Source: Eledone cirrhosa
Taxonomy: Eukaryota
Direction: 5' to 3'
Assembly: GCA_964016885.1 (NCBI GenBank)
Contig: OZ024740.1
Location: 64,108,001-64,172,000, forward strand
Length of the DNA: 64,000 bases
The stretch's first letter is position 1; every line of letters begins with the position of its first letter. A model generated the notes under the pieces. The model was not told the DNA's origin. It saw nothing but the letters and a program-made list of their open reading frames with translations, and made no database searches. The position numbers and the translations under genes are program-made. Positions 63,741-64,000 of this stretch are shown here, piece by piece.

Positions 63741-63741
<1 letters not shown>
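63023..63741 (+). mobile_element. non-autonomous Helitron (same family as 59392-60471)
   Basis: 5' A|TC, hairpin acccgggcaacgccgggt, 3' CTAG|T. Confidence 0.78.
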
Positions 63742-63782
<41 letters not shown>

Positions 63783-63783
63783 A

Positions 63784-63926
<143 letters not shown>

Positions 63927-64000
63927 CTGTCTGTCTAAATATCTACCTTCACAGGAAGAAGATAGTTTAGAAGTAGGAGGCTGTCAAAAGACCAATAAAG

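Overview
This is AT-rich, microsatellite-dense eukaryotic DNA. It looks like intergenic or intronic repeat landscape from a metazoan, most likely an octopus or other cephalopod (inferred from the SINE families and repeat style). I found no credible host protein-coding gene; most listed ORFs are microsatellite translations or antisense frames of transposons. Non-LTR retrotransposons are abundant. Tx1/L1-like elements lie at 1-4.3 kb, 28.9 kb and 52.7-55.3 kb. Three head-to-tail copies of an R4/Dong RLE element sit in (CATA)n, with older R4-like relics elsewhere. There is also a GC-rich CRE-like element with a PHD finger, several RTE fragments, a CR1-like relic, tRNA-derived SINEs and non-autonomous Helitrons. 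The standout signal is non-coding: about seven unrelated repeat families carry type I hammerhead ribozyme motifs with palindromic stem III. They occur as ~590-690 bp partial tandem repeats or fold-back inverted repeats anchored in (TA)n, which is Penelope pseudo-LTR or retrozyme-like architecture. One family has a compensatory U3-A8 catalytic core. All calls come from reading the sequence by eye; coordinates of degraded elements are approximate.
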